This document shows, piece after piece, positions 10,409-19,883 of a stretch of 64,000 nucleotides of DNA; positions within the stretch are counted from its first letter, which is position 1, and each line of letters starts with the position of its first letter. The DNA comes from an uncultured virus (IMG/VR IMGVR_UViG_3300008448_000047). Taxonomy: Duplodnaviria > Heunggongvirae > Uroviricota > Caudoviricetes. The notes below the pieces were generated by a model that was given only the letters and a program-made list of their open reading frames with translations, made no database searches and was not told the DNA's origin. A program made the translations under genes and the position numbers. The stretch lies in IMG/VR virus record IMGVR_UViG_3300008448_000047; one strand, written 5' to 3'.

Positions 10409-10725
10409 TGGAAAAGGAAATGACGTGGCACAATGATGGCCACTCCCTCGAATTCATTATTGATAAATCCAACCTGATTATCTCCGCCGTCAATTGCCCG
10501 GCAGAAGAAGGCAAATGCAGGAACCGCCACGGCGCGTGCGTATTTAAGCTGTTCATTGACATCTATGGTCTTGAATGCAATGTCGGTGTAGTGAGCGCTG
10601 AACCGTTGCTTGAGTTTGCGTGGGCGTTTATCGGTGATTTCGACAATCCCCTAGAAGCATCTCAGTTGTGGATTATCCCCACAAAGGACGAAATCTTCTC
10701 AGCGTGGGCTGAAGCCCAAAATTAG
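10408..10725 (+). CDS. Hypothetical protein
   Basis: TAATG coupling; plausible composition. Confidence 0.6.
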   Translation: MEKEMTWHNDGHSLEFIIDKSNLIISAVNCPAEEGKCRNRHGACVFKLFIDIYGLECNVGVVSAEPLLEFAWAFIGDFDNPLEASQLWIIPTKDEIFSAWAEAQN

Positions 10726-11156
10726 AACGGTTCGCTCTCGATAGCAGCCGAAACTGCCTGCTGAAGGTACTTGATATCAGCAAGGTTGAGAAACTTGTCT
10801 ACATCAACTGTGTACATATTTTTGTTCTGAACTTTTGTCTTTGCTACGAGCTTCATTTCAGTCAATTGGCGTATGGTTTTCTGGACTGCAGCCTCGGAAA
10901 TACCAAGATAAATTGATAAAGCCCGCTGCGTCATCGAAGGCTCCATTAGAAGCGTAATGAGCATCCGCGCCGGCGCTGTCAACATCGATATGCCGTCTGA
11001 TGCATATTGGGCACTTTTGCCGTCTAGGGCCTTAGCTATTTCTATAGCGAGCTCTTGTGGGGAACGCTTATCTGATATTCCCTTTTTAATGATTACTTCT
11101 AGGGGTTCTGTCATGCCCCCGTATTCCTTGCGTCTCTTATCTATTGACATTTCCAC
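10722..11156 (-). CDS. Winged helix-turn-helix (MarR-like) protein
   Basis: MTQRALSIYLGISEAAVQKTIRQL HTH followed by wing. Confidence 0.7.
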   Translation of the reverse strand: MEMSIDKRRKEYGGMTEPLEVIIKKGISDKRSPQELAIEIAKALDGKSAQYASDGISMLTAPARMLITLLMEPSMTQRALSIYLGISEAAVQKTIRQLTEMKLVAKTKVQNKNMYTVDVDKFLNLADIKYLQQAVSAAIESEPF

Positions 11157-11169
11157 TATCCTTGACTGG

Positions 11170-11183
11170 CGAACATATGTTTG
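11170..11183. promoter_or_regulatory. LexA (SOS) box-like site in divergent promoter region
   Basis: CGAAC-ATAT-GTTTG between TTGACT and TAGTAT. Confidence 0.5.
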
Positions 11184-11231
11184 TACTAGTATTATTCATC
11201 AATGGCAATCCATGCGGGAGGGTGATTATCT

Positions 11232-11534
11232 ATGAGCATACACGCCAAGTCAGAACAACCAACTTCACTAAAGGACAAGCTAGCAAGTTTGACCGTACAT
11301 AGTGCAGGAGCATGCGCGTTTGGTCGCATTGCTAATGATTTAGATGATGAGACACGCCAGGCTTTATTTGACGCAATGCGTAGTCCTGCAAGTTCGAACA
11401 GTATCTGCAATAGCCTTCGTGAATCAGGGTTCAATATTGCACGTTCAACAGTTGTACAAAAACGGGCTTGCTTTACAGCGTCCGGCTCAAGCCGGTGCGA
11501 ATGCTTCCCAGATATGTATGCGGAGGAAATATAA
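11232..11534 (+). CDS. Hypothetical protein (partner of the metallophosphoesterase)
   Basis: GGAGGG RBS; HTH-like core, Cys-containing C-terminus; adjoins next gene. Confidence 0.65.
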   Translation: MSIHAKSEQPTSLKDKLASLTVHSAGACAFGRIANDLDDETRQALFDAMRSPASSNSICNSLRESGFNIARSTVVQKRACFTASGSSRCECFPDMYAEEI

Positions 11535-12710
11535 ATGGCAGCAAAAAAACTTGCGGATAATCTCAAGCAGTTATCCACAGAGCAAGAACGCAAGGACCAA
11601 CGTTCCAAGGTCCTGGGTGATATCGCTCAGATGTTGGAACGCAAAAACATCAGCCTGGAAGAAATTGGCAGCATCAAACGTGTGTCGCTGTATCAATCCT
11701 TGACAAAAAACGAAGAAGGTGACGCTGAGGTACATGACCTTGTGGCTCTCCAATTCTCGCCGGCCTTTGAGGATGGACCAAAGTGGCCCGTTATCCACCA
11801 AGGGCCAGCGGTGCAATTACCAAAAGTCAAGATTCCCAAGAAGCGTACAAAAGGCTTCAAAACGTGTGTGATAGTACCTGATATCCAGATTGGATATTTC
11901 CGTAATGCGGAAGGTCAACTTGAACCTACCCATGACGAGCGTGCTATCAGTATTGCGCTGGCCATCATCACGGACATCCAACCAGACCTTATCGTGTGCG
12001 TTGGCGACAACCTTGACCTTCCAGAGATGGGCAAGTACATCACGTACCCGGCATATGCACAGACAACGCAGGCGGCAATTGACGCTGCAACGAAGCTTTG
12101 CGCACAAATGAGAGCGGCAGCACCAGGTGCAGTAATACGCTGGTTGGCAGGAAACCACGAAGAGCGCCTACCAAAGTATCTAATTCAGAATGCTGCGGCA
12201 GCCTATGGACTCCGTAAAGGGATGACTCCAGACTCTTGGCCAGTAATGACTGTTCCTTACCTCTGCCGTATGGATGAATTTGGGGTTGAATACTTCCCTG
12301 GCTATCCCGCATCACACTGCTGGATAAATGAGAAGCTCCGTGTTATCCACGGGGACAAGGTTAACTCCAATGGCATGACGGCTACACGGTACCTCAATAA
12401 CGAAAAAGTGTCTGTTATCTATGGACACATTCACCGTATCGAGATGGCCTACAAGACTCGCGAGGATTACGACGGTCCAAAGACCGTGATGGCAGCATCT
12501 CCTGGATGTCTCGCTCGTATCGATGGCGCTATTCCGTCAACAAAAGGCGGAGTAGACCTAGATGGACGCCCCCTTGTGCGCCACGAAGACTGGCAACAGG
12601 GACTCGGTGTCGTGACCTATGAAGACACGGGCGAACACAAGTTTTCTTATGAATCTGTGCTGATTTACGACGGTTGGTGCGCCTTCCGTGGCACAGAGTA
12701 TAAGGTCTGA
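11535..12710 (+). CDS. Calcineurin-like metallophosphoesterase
   Basis: PDIQ, GDNLD, GNHE, HGD and GHIHR motifs. Confidence 0.85.
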   Translation: MAAKKLADNLKQLSTEQERKDQRSKVLGDIAQMLERKNISLEEIGSIKRVSLYQSLTKNEEGDAEVHDLVALQFSPAFEDGPKWPVIHQGPAVQLPKVKIPKKRTKGFKTCVIVPDIQIGYFRNAEGQLEPTHDERAISIALAIITDIQPDLIVCVGDNLDLPEMGKYITYPAYAQTTQAAIDAATKLCAQMRAAAPGAVIRWLAGNHEERLPKYLIQNAAAAYGLRKGMTPDSWPVMTVPYLCRMDEFGVEYFPGYPASHCWINEKLRVIHGDKVNSNGMTATRYLNNEKVSVIYGHIHRIEMAYKTREDYDGPKTVMAASPGCLARIDGAIPSTKGGVDLDGRPLVRHEDWQQGLGVVTYEDTGEHKFSYESVLIYDGWCAFRGTEYKV

Positions 12711-12756
12711 CGAAAAGCGCGCGCATTCTAAACCGCAACGGTAAGCAAAGGCAGCG

Positions 12757-13401
12757 ATGACCACCATAATAGGAATACAAGGGGACGGATATGCCCTAAT
12801 GGTAGGAGACTCACGTATCTCTGATATAGGGAGAGACGGTGAGATTCTTTCTACCAGTACTTTGGGTGGTGGTGTTAACAAGATTGCCAATACGAAGCAG
12901 TTCCTACTTGGTGCTGCTGGGGACTTACGAGCAATAAATCTGTTGACTCATGCTTTTGTTCCACCACCGCCACCGGTGGGTACCGGGAAGAAGCTAGACG
13001 CCTTCATGACCCTAAAGTTCATACCCGAACTACGCTCATGCTTTGATGAACACGGATATTCCTTACCCGAAAGGGACTCAAGCCAACATGTAGCCGAACA
13101 CGGTTCAACCATCATGGTTGCCGTAAACGGGATTCTGTACATCGTGGACAGTGACTATTCATGGATTATCGACTCATCTGGCCTGTTTGCCATAGGTAGT
13201 GGGGCACAGTATGCCCTAGGAGCCTTACAGGTATTGGTGAATGGCAAGAAGCTAGAACTGCAGCAGGCGAAGAGGGTAGCCCTAAAGGCTATTGCTATTG
13301 CTGCGAAGTATGACCCTGGAACTGGGGCTCCATACTCAACCCATATACAAGAACCTACCACCAAGCCGAAAGGTCAAAGTGGAACTAGAAGTACCCGATG
13401 A
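12757..13401 (+). CDS. Ntn-hydrolase, proteasome-beta/HslV-like peptidase
   Basis: N-terminal (M)TTIIG...GDSR, NKI, GAAG, AIGSGAQYALG, DPGTG. Confidence 0.8.
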   Translation: MTTIIGIQGDGYALMVGDSRISDIGRDGEILSTSTLGGGVNKIANTKQFLLGAAGDLRAINLLTHAFVPPPPPVGTGKKLDAFMTLKFIPELRSCFDEHGYSLPERDSSQHVAEHGSTIMVAVNGILYIVDSDYSWIIDSSGLFAIGSGAQYALGALQVLVNGKKLELQQAKRVALKAIAIAAKYDPGTGAPYSTHIQEPTTKPKGQSGTRSTR

Positions 13402-13723
13402 AAATGATGGATTAGAAGTACCTGAGCCTCCATCAGAACGTGATATACAAGATAACGGGTGGATGTTCTACGCAAACTGTAAGGGACGTACGAACGAGAT
13501 GTTCCCGAAGGGGCATAAGGACATCAGCTACATACCTGGGGCAAGAGCCTTGTGTGACGGGTGCTTCGTGAGAACGCAGTGCCTTAACTATGCGCTGGAG
13601 TTCCCTGTGGCGGATATGCACGGCATATGGGCAGGGATGACTAGCAGGCAGCTAGCAGCGGAACAGAGGCGTAGGGGTGTAGGAGCAATCAGGCCGACGC
13701 TAAGTCAAATGTGGGGCGATTGA
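13379..13723 (+). CDS. whiB: WhiB-family Fe-S transcription factor
   Basis: Four Cys (C...CxxC...C) and HGIWAG; GTG start uncertain. Confidence 0.85.
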   Translation: MELEVPDENDGLEVPEPPSERDIQDNGWMFYANCKGRTNEMFPKGHKDISYIPGARALCDGCFVRTQCLNYALEFPVADMHGIWAGMTSRQLAAEQRRRGVGAIRPTLSQMWGD

Positions 13724-13724
13724 A

Positions 13725-14063
13725 CTAAGTTCCCCTGACGCCGCATTTTTGGCAGAACTGCATGTTTTGTAGTTCCTCCCACACCGGCTCGCAGTCAGTC
13801 TTCCCGCACGGTTGGAGTATTACTTCCCCCACCATGTAGGCGCGAATCTGGTCAGCAGTCGTCGGCTTTGGTGCGGCGGGTGGCGGCGCGGGTGGTAGAC
13901 CCCGGGATTCTCGTACTGCTTCATACAGCACCGTCGAGACCCACTGGTTTATCCGTGCTTCGCCACAGGCGTCGAGTATGGCGTTCTTCAGCCAGCCCGG
14001 TATTTGGACAACCAGGTTGTACTTACCGTCTGGTAGCTCAGCGCGCTGGGGTGTCCGAGACAT
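13725..14063 (-). CDS. Hypothetical protein, ribbon-helix-helix-like N-terminus and C-terminal zinc finger
   Basis: LVVQIPGWLKNAI; CxxxxC...CxxC. Confidence 0.55.
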   Translation of the reverse strand: MSRTPQRAELPDGKYNLVVQIPGWLKNAILDACGEARINQWVSTVLYEAVRESRGLPPAPPPAAPKPTTADQIRAYMVGEVILQPCGKTDCEPVWEELQNMQFCQKCGVRGT

Positions 14064-14217
14064 CTTTGTCCACGAGCGTCAAGAGATACTCCGTGATTGT
14101 CATGTCGTAGGCGTCTGCCATGTCGACTATCCGGTTCTTGATGTCGGCGGAGACGCGCATGGTTATCGTCGTTTCGCCGGCCGCGTGCTGTGGCGGCCTA
14201 CCCATCCTCTTGCGCAT
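14038..14217 (-). CDS. Ribbon-helix-helix DNA-binding protein (59 aa, absent from ORF track)
   Basis: MRKRMGRPP...TTITMRVSADIKNRIVDMADAYDMTITEYL. Confidence 0.6.
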   Translation of the reverse strand: MRKRMGRPPQHAAGETTITMRVSADIKNRIVDMADAYDMTITEYLLTLVDKDVSDTPAR

Positions 14218-14231
14218 GGCAAGAGATTACT

Positions 14232-14702
14232 TTACGGAATCAGTTTGTAGTGGAGCTTTTCCCATTCACGCACTTGCTCCTGGTAGGCTTCCGAGAAGAA
14301 TGTTCGGTCTCCATTGGTGTTCACTGCGACGGAGGATATGCCTCCCATCAGGCGTACGGTGGCGAGCACGCAGGGATGATACTTATCTTCAGCGTAGGTG
14401 CCAGAGGACACTGATTCTGACAGTGAGCGGACCTGACCCCACGCTTCGACAGGAGAGGGAGCCGGCGGCAATTGGCTGCACGCCTTCAGTACGGCTTTCC
14501 GAATCTGACCTGGACGCGGCATGTACGTGTCGTGCAGGGCTGCGGTCGATATGGCTTGTACGACGGCGGCGTACTCCAGGTCAAGAATAAACTCAGCCCA
14601 GGCGCGCAGAGCAGCCTTCTTGGGGGCATCTGAGCTAGGCAGGCGGTCGTTCCAGTGTGAGTAGAGAAGTTCTACTGCTTTGACTACTTCGTCCTTGGTC
14701 AT
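14232..14702 (-). CDS. Replicative helicase loader/inhibitor-like (G39P-like) protein
   Basis: W...L.DL.Y..V..A......YMPRPGQIR...PSPVEAWGQV pattern. Confidence 0.65.
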   Translation of the reverse strand: MTKDEVVKAVELLYSHWNDRLPSSDAPKKAALRAWAEFILDLEYAAVVQAISTAALHDTYMPRPGQIRKAVLKACSQLPPAPSPVEAWGQVRSLSESVSSGTYAEDKYHPCVLATVRLMGGISSVAVNTNGDRTFFSEAYQEQVREWEKLHYKLIP

Positions 14703-15061
14703 TCTTCCTCCACCGTCGGCTTGTACATACTAGCGAATTTCTTGACGCGCCAATCATCGCGGAAGATGAGCTCGAGTGACGTGTACTGCTTGCCGAGGTC
14801 ATTCCCACCCATGTGGAACTCGGACTGAGAGCATCCCAGTACTGCCTTGATGGCTTTCTGTGCTCCGTGGCCGGCGATGCCGCGTGTGATGGCCTGGCGG
14901 CGGCTGTGGGTCAATTCAGGGCGGCGGCCGCGACCCGACCAAAATGTATCCACCCAAACAGTAAAGACCTCGAGTATGGAACTTTCTGTCACGGAAGAAA
15001 AGTATGGGAGATTTTCTACCTGAACTTTTTTACCCGACAATTTTTTGTGCGCCAAAATCAA
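14699..15061 (-). CDS. Protein resembling the C-terminal domain of phage replication initiators
   Basis: LTHSRRQAI...SEFHMGGN...YTSLELIFR; adjacent to loader gene; start uncertain. Confidence 0.55.
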   Translation of the reverse strand: MILAHKKLSGKKVQVENLPYFSSVTESSILEVFTVWVDTFWSGRGRRPELTHSRRQAITRGIAGHGAQKAIKAVLGCSQSEFHMGGNDLGKQYTSLELIFRDDWRVKKFASMYKPTVEEE

Positions 15062-15300
15062 TTACTCCTTCTACCCGACAATTAGTACTACAACATATTG
15101 GTAGGGAGTTGTAGTACTAATTAAGACTTATCTTACTCATAAGACTTAATCTATTTACTATTTACGGTTCTAACACAATCAGCGCTAGCTGATGTCTTAG
15201 AATCCAATTACTGTTCAGTACTGTTACCCACCCCCCTATAGTCCCCCCTCCCACGAGGCAGAAGAGTACTAAAAATGAATTAGGGCAGCACAAATAACGT
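15031..15300. other. AT-rich repeat-containing region, candidate replication origin
   Basis: TACCCGACAATT x2, AGTACT x4, TAAGACTTA x2, next to initiator/loader-like genes. Confidence 0.35.
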
Positions 15301-15471
15301 TGCTGGATTTTGGGCAACGTTTACTGAAGGTTTTAGGCCGGCCTTCGTATGTAGGGGGTGAGCGTAGCAGGCTCGAGTGGGTCACGCAACCATGATGTGG
15401 GAATTTCTTTGAGCTCTTCCGCCACCGTCAAATGCTAGCCAGCGCTGCGGGCTCGACAGCCCCGACATCCC

Positions 15472-15485
15472 CGAACATGTGTTCG
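15472..15485. promoter_or_regulatory. LexA (SOS) box
   Basis: Perfect CGAAC-ATGT-GTTCG upstream of the replication module. Confidence 0.6.
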
Positions 15486-15584
15486 TAATGGTGTACTCTA
15501 TTCCCCGGGAGGTCCCCTTCCCTCCTAGAGGGTTAAGAGTCCTAGTTGCAGCTTGTGGGTAGGTTGGCTGCACTAGGGCTCCCC

Positions 15585-16070
15585 TCACACCAGTTCTTTT
15601 TCGAACCAGCCGTGATTGAGCATTATGCCGATGGCTGCGTAGCCGGCGACATCGAGGATGTTGTCTTTAATCGATTCGTTCTGGGGCTCTGCAGCTTTTA
15701 GGATGAGGTGCTCGAGGCGTGCAATCTTGTCATGGCAGCGCACGATGACGCCGTAGGTCCCAAAGCGGAGAATGTTGTTGTGGCCGTAATCGCGCTGCTT
15801 ACGGATTAGCGTGTCAATTAGCTCCTGCGGTGTAAAGCTATTTCCAGTGTTCGTTGCATAGCGGTAAGCCGTGCGGCCGACGCCGGCCCAATGAAGAGAA
15901 GTACTCTCACTTTCCTTGTTACGCGAGAAGTCTTCTTCGAGGTAGGTAAACGCGAGACGAAGCTCGGCGATAACTATCGCGGGAGGCTGCTTCGGGAAGT
16001 CCATTATCTTCTCGACAGCCGCTGCGGCCGCGTCATTCCAGGTTTCGATGGGGTTAGTTAATGTGTTCAT
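15585..16070 (-). CDS. DUF1599-like nucleotide-modification-associated (all-alpha NTP pyrophosphatase-like) protein
   Basis: RKQRDYG...VRCHDKIARL...ESIKDNILDVAGYA. Confidence 0.7.
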   Translation of the reverse strand: MNTLTNPIETWNDAAAAAVEKIMDFPKQPPAIVIAELRLAFTYLEEDFSRNKESESTSLHWAGVGRTAYRYATNTGNSFTPQELIDTLIRKQRDYGHNNILRFGTYGVIVRCHDKIARLEHLILKAAEPQNESIKDNILDVAGYAAIGIMLNHGWFEKELV

Positions 16071-16110
16071 GCGGTAATACTAGTTCTTCCGCCACCGTAA
16101 AAGAGTTGTA

Positions 16111-16296
16111 CTAGGAACCTTTTTTGGTGGGTTTCTTCTCCAGGATGGCACCAGGGCCGCCAGATAGGAGCTCCATGGTCTGGGGCTTTCCAGTGTGAGA
16201 CTTCTTGTTTGCGCAAACAGGTGGAGTCGAGACAGAGACCATCAACTCCACCTTGTTGCTGCACTTTGGGCATTTCCATGCGAACCTCTTAGACAT
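16111..16296 (-). CDS. Small zinc-ribbon protein
   Basis: MSKRFAWKCPKC...PPVC...H. Confidence 0.55.
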   Translation of the reverse strand: MSKRFAWKCPKCSNKVELMVSVSTPPVCANKKSHTGKPQTMELLSGGPGAILEKKPTKKGS

Positions 16297-16375
16297 GGTC
16301 CGGGATGGTAGCACCATTTTTGTCAACTGCAGGTGAATAGCGCTACGACGGCCAAAGCGAATATCACTGTGGCCA

Positions 16376-16687
16376 TTATTGTTCGCCTGCCAGGCTGCGG
16401 ATGTACTGCAGAATTTCATGACGTTTCTCGTCTGGCTGGTCTGCGTAGACCTTGAACATGATGCTGACGAAGCTCTTAAGTACCTCGAGCATGCAATCGT
16501 TCAGCAGCTGGCCAGCTTCATCGATGAGGTCTTCAATCTCGTCGACGGTCCCAGCAGCGATAATTTCACGACGCCCAGGGTGGTCGAGGTGCACGCAGCG
16601 GATTTGGGGGCTCAGTGGGAACCCCTTCTTTTCCAGGGAGTCCCAGATATAGAGGTCTTCATATGGGTTGGGCATGTCATCAAACAT
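16376..16687 (-). CDS. Hypothetical protein
   Basis: AAAGGAA RBS. Confidence 0.6.
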   Translation of the reverse strand: MFDDMPNPYEDLYIWDSLEKKGFPLSPQIRCVHLDHPGRREIIAAGTVDEIEDLIDEAGQLLNDCMLEVLKSFVSIMFKVYADQPDEKRHEILQYIRSLAGEQ

Positions 16688-16704
16688 GTTGTTCCTTTCT
16701 GTAG

Positions 16705-16944
16705 TTACCAGTGCCGCCAGCTGCGGCCCCAGCGGGGAGATGTGTTACGTAGGTAGCGCGCAAAGCGCGGGAGAATCTTTTCCACAACCTCGGGGATAAA
16801 GATGTGGACAAAGATGTCGAGGCAGCGAATAAAACGACAAGGGCTGCCGAGTTTAAATCGACTTACTGGGGGGAGTTCGAAACGCGGTAGTTCACGGAGG
16901 GTTTCCTTGAGAGTCAATTCACGTGTCAGCATTTGGTGAGTCAT
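16705..16944 (-). CDS. Hypothetical protein
   Basis: ORF in minus-strand gene run. Confidence 0.45.
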   Translation of the reverse strand: MTHQMLTRELTLKETLRELPRFELPPVSRFKLGSPCRFIRCLDIFVHIFIPEVVEKILPRFARYLRNTSPRWGRSWRHW

Positions 16945-16957
16945 AGTAGCTACTTAG

Positions 16958-17185
16958 TTATGTAATTACAACCTCTTCCACCACCGTAAAAGAGTTGTCA
17001 GCGCTTTTTGGCAGTGGGAGTGTCACTGGCTCCAGGGCCAGAAGGAAACGTTCGACGCTCGAGAGGATTGTCGAGACGTCTTCGGGTGAGAAAGGTTTGT
17101 CAGTCACTGCCAAGGCGGCCGCATGCGAGATGCGTTCTTGTAGTAGCGCTGCAGCGATGACTATCTCGTCGTAGATGTCATCCAT
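16958..17185 (-). CDS. Hypothetical protein
   Basis: Overlaps upstream gene; motif A lies in its 3' end. Confidence 0.55.
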   Translation of the reverse strand: MDDIYDEIVIAAALLQERISHAAALAVTDKPFSPEDVSTILSSVERFLLALEPVTLPLPKSADNSFTVVEEVVIT

Positions 17186-17420
17186 TTTCAGGCTCGTCTT
17201 TCATCACTCCATACTCCAGAACAGCGTCGAAGACTTCGCCACGCAAACTGTTGAAGGAAACATCTTCCAACTCTGAAACAATCATCGCCCACTTTTCTGC
17301 AGGCAACCACATTTCGTCGTCGGGGTCAAAGTCGAACGACTCTTTGTCAAACAAGAGCACAAAGACGTCGTCGTCGTCATGCATCTCATTGATGGCCGCT
17401 TTCAGTTCAGAAATCTTCAC
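17178..17420 (-). CDS. Hypothetical acidic protein
   Basis: GTGA coupling. Confidence 0.6.
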   Translation of the reverse strand: MKISELKAAINEMHDDDDVFVLLFDKESFDFDPDDEMWLPAEKWAMIVSELEDVSFNSLRGEVFDAVLEYGVMKDEPENG

Positions 17421-17731
17421 TTGTACTCATTTCCATATTCGCCTAGGTCACCTGTGCGATTGATTGCTGGGTAAACAGGTCCGTAGCCATTTTTGTCGAG
17501 CAGGTCGCTGACCATTTCTAGACACTCTCCGTCGGTCGCTAGTTCTCCGTCGATGCGCACAATGCGAATAATTTCCTTGATGATTTCCTCAGGCGTCATG
17601 AGCAACTCTTTCTCTAGTTGTTTTTCTACTTCTATGCACGCGTTACACATTTCTTCTTCACACGTGCAGTTGTCAGGTATCGGGAATTCCCAAACATCAG
17701 CGGGGATGGGAATGTTGTGTACCGCTCTCAT
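17417..17731 (-). CDS. Hypothetical protein
   Basis: ATGA coupling. Confidence 0.6.
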   Translation of the reverse strand: MRAVHNIPIPADVWEFPIPDNCTCEEEMCNACIEVEKQLEKELLMTPEEIIKEIIRIVRIDGELATDGECLEMVSDLLDKNGYGPVYPAINRTGDLGEYGNEYK

Positions 17732-17958
17732 TGTTCTTGCAACACTTCATCTAGCGCTTCATAGTCGAGCGATTCGTCTAACCAGGCTACGCCGTCTGGG
17801 GTTCCTGCTGACGTGTACACAAGATAGTTAGTTGCGAAATCACGGTACGTCACTTCCTTATCAAGGCTTATGACCATGTTGTACAAAAATTCGTCATTCA
17901 TTAGCCACAAGGCCACGTTCCACGTTGCGTGGTTTTTCCATCCGTTGTAATCGCTCAT
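17728..17958 (-). CDS. Conserved phage hypothetical protein
   Basis: MSDYNGWKNHATWNVALWLMNDE motif, common in phage early regions. Confidence 0.7.
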   Translation of the reverse strand: MSDYNGWKNHATWNVALWLMNDEFLYNMVISLDKEVTYRDFATNYLVYTSAGTPDGVAWLDESLDYEALDEVLQEQ

Positions 17959-18425
17959 GCATCCACTCCACAGTTTGCGCAATACGAGTCGTACTCGTGA
18001 TTGCATAAAACCTTCTCAATAATTTTTGGCTCCACTGTGCCGTAGTCAAGGCTGTAACAGTGAATCTCTACAGGGTCGTTTTCTTTAGCGACGATGACGT
18101 AGATGTATTCCGCATAGCACTCGATTGCTTCTTCAAACGTCTTTATGAACGGTTCGTTTGGCGTATCGGTGTAATACTTGCCCCAGTATTCTTTTATCTC
18201 TATGTGGTTGCCGAACGTGTCGTCATCTTCTTGCTGAAATGGGCTAAGGAAAGACCAGCCGTTATGTTCGTCAAGTAGGACACGACATGTTGTTTCGTAC
18301 CCGTCACGACGGATGAACTCGGAAAGAACGCCCATCATGTGTGTGGGGTATCCATCCCAGTGGACATAGCGCCCCTCTAGTTCGCCGTTTTCCAACTGGC
18401 GTGCAACAACTGAACGAGTTGCCAT
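17955..18425 (-). CDS. Conserved phage hypothetical protein
   Basis: MATRS...YVHWDGYP...EYIY motif. Confidence 0.7.
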   Translation of the reverse strand: MATRSVVARQLENGELEGRYVHWDGYPTHMMGVLSEFIRRDGYETTCRVLLDEHNGWSFLSPFQQEDDDTFGNHIEIKEYWGKYYTDTPNEPFIKTFEEAIECYAEYIYVIVAKENDPVEIHCYSLDYGTVEPKIIEKVLCNHEYDSYCANCGVDA

Positions 18426-18586
18426 TATTCTTCCCCCTTTATGATTTCGACGGTGATGTTTTCCATGTGTGGACCAAAATCTTCTGTGTTGCGATTGCTA
18501 TAGAAGAAATCGTCAATCATGCAGTTCAGCACCTCGTACGGGTCTACCTCGTCTGGTACCGACAGTTTGATAAGAATCTCTTTCAT
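18425..18586 (-). CDS. Small hypothetical protein (53 aa)
   Basis: GAGGA RBS; TAATG coupling to next gene. Confidence 0.55.
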   Translation of the reverse strand: MKEILIKLSVPDEVDPYEVLNCMIDDFFYSNRNTEDFGPHMENITVEIIKGEE

Positions 18587-18589
18587 TGT

Positions 18590-18742
18590 TTATTCCTCTT
18601 CTTCGTCGTCTGGCATACAGTTGATGCAGGTGTAGATGATGATTGCGGGCTTGACATCGTCTTTGATGCTCAGCATCCCGTAGTACGGGTTCCAAGTGTC
18701 TTTGCACTTGTGGCAGTTCCAGTAGGTCAGTTCGCCTGACAT
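18590..18742 (-). CDS. Small zinc-ribbon protein (50 aa)
   Basis: CHKC...CINC; AGGGGA RBS. Confidence 0.55.
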   Translation of the reverse strand: MSGELTYWNCHKCKDTWNPYYGMLSIKDDVKPAIIIYTCINCMPDDEEEE

Positions 18743-18846
18743 GTGTTCCCCTTTGATAGTTAGTAGTTAGTAGTTGTGGGGTGCACGCTACACCCCACTT
18801 AGCCATTTTTGCAAGTGGCTACTGCTAGATTATTTTGTGACTTTGG

Positions 18847-19056
18847 TCACGCCATAACTTTGACACGGTGGCGCTCCACCCATACCTCGCCCTTGCCGTT
18901 TAGTGGCTTGACGAGATAGTCAATGTGTCCGAAGCGGACACGCACGTCAGCAATCTTCACGCCGACGTCTAGCCCTTCCATTGAAAGCACGCCGACTTCA
19001 CCACGTGCTGTCTCAGGCTTGATTTTCTCTACCTGCTGTTTGTCATAGGTTTCCAC
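18847..19056 (-). CDS. Hypothetical SH3-like protein
   Basis: AAGGAG RBS; DYLVKP...GEVWV. Confidence 0.6.
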   Translation of the reverse strand: METYDKQQVEKIKPETARGEVGVLSMEGLDVGVKIADVRVRFGHIDYLVKPLNGKGEVWVERHRVKVMA

Positions 19057-19250
19057 TGCTTCTCCTTTTCTGTAGTGGTGACCTAAAAGTTATCCAGTAC
19101 ACCTGACAAACACAACACGAAAGGCCAAACTTTTCTCGAGGGCCACGTGTCATCCACCACCGTCTGGTTGTAGCCCCGTTACCGGCAGCGGCCCCGCGGG
19201 GCTTCTGGGGTTCCGCCGCAGCCGGCAGCCGGTCGAGTAGTGTCAAGAGT

Positions 19251-19631
19251 ATGAACCGATGGGACAAAAACATTCAAGCACTATCCGCCTATGTTGCCGA
19301 GAACGGCACAGCACTCGTACCGACCTCGTACAAATGTTTAGTGGACGGCGAGACGGTATCGCTGGGGTCGTGGGTGACCTATGTGCGTATCAAGTACCGC
19401 GCTGGAACGCTTCAGATGGAACGCATGGCTCAGATGGAAAACTTCCCTGGTTGGACATGGGGTCCTTGTAAGCCTGGACCGATGGGTAACCCTGACCGTG
19501 ACAAGCAGATGGTCGCTATGCGTCAGGCTGGCAAGTCACTCCAAAGCATCGGAGACGAATACGGCTTGTCAAGGCAACGAGTTCATCAAATCCTAAATCG
19601 CATGGGACATCGGGAAACCGCTAGTGCCTAG
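19251..19631 (+). CDS. Helicase-associated (HA) domain plus sigma-region-4-like HTH
   Basis: LGSWV..VR..Y..G.L..ER......GWTW; SLQSIGDEYGLSRQRVHQI. Confidence 0.75.
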   Translation: MNRWDKNIQALSAYVAENGTALVPTSYKCLVDGETVSLGSWVTYVRIKYRAGTLQMERMAQMENFPGWTWGPCKPGPMGNPDRDKQMVAMRQAGKSLQSIGDEYGLSRQRVHQILNRMGHRETASA

Positions 19632-19848
19632 ACACCCTGAAGTAAAAAAAGAACCACGACCATCTCTACTTATCGCTTTAGGCGGAGTAGGGATAGCGGG
19701 TTCTTTTTATGGAAGTATTCTTTGGGTTGTGTTGTGGTTTGTTCGTTCTGCTGACATCGCAGAATGGAACGCCCCTTATTGGAAGTGTGCTATGACTGCC
19801 CTTGCCGTAAATGCCTTGCGCCTTTACGACAAAAAGGTATTCGACTAA
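19624..19848 (+). CDS. Small membrane protein
   Basis: Two hydrophobic segments. Confidence 0.55.
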   Translation: MPRHPEVKKEPRPSLLIALGGVGIAGSFYGSILWVVLWFVRSADIAEWNAPYWKCAMTALAVNALRLYDKKVFD

Positions 19849-19883
19849 GCCTCTTCCGCCACCGTCAAAGAGTTGTCCTCGTC

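Noticed and set aside
12957..12978. TTCCACCACCG as another motif A copy
   Set aside because: Explained by a poly-Pro codon run and off the lattice
16067..16279. 70-aa ORF in the alternative frame
   Set aside because: The overlapping 16111..16296 frame has a CxxC zinc-ribbon pattern and leaves motif A intergenic
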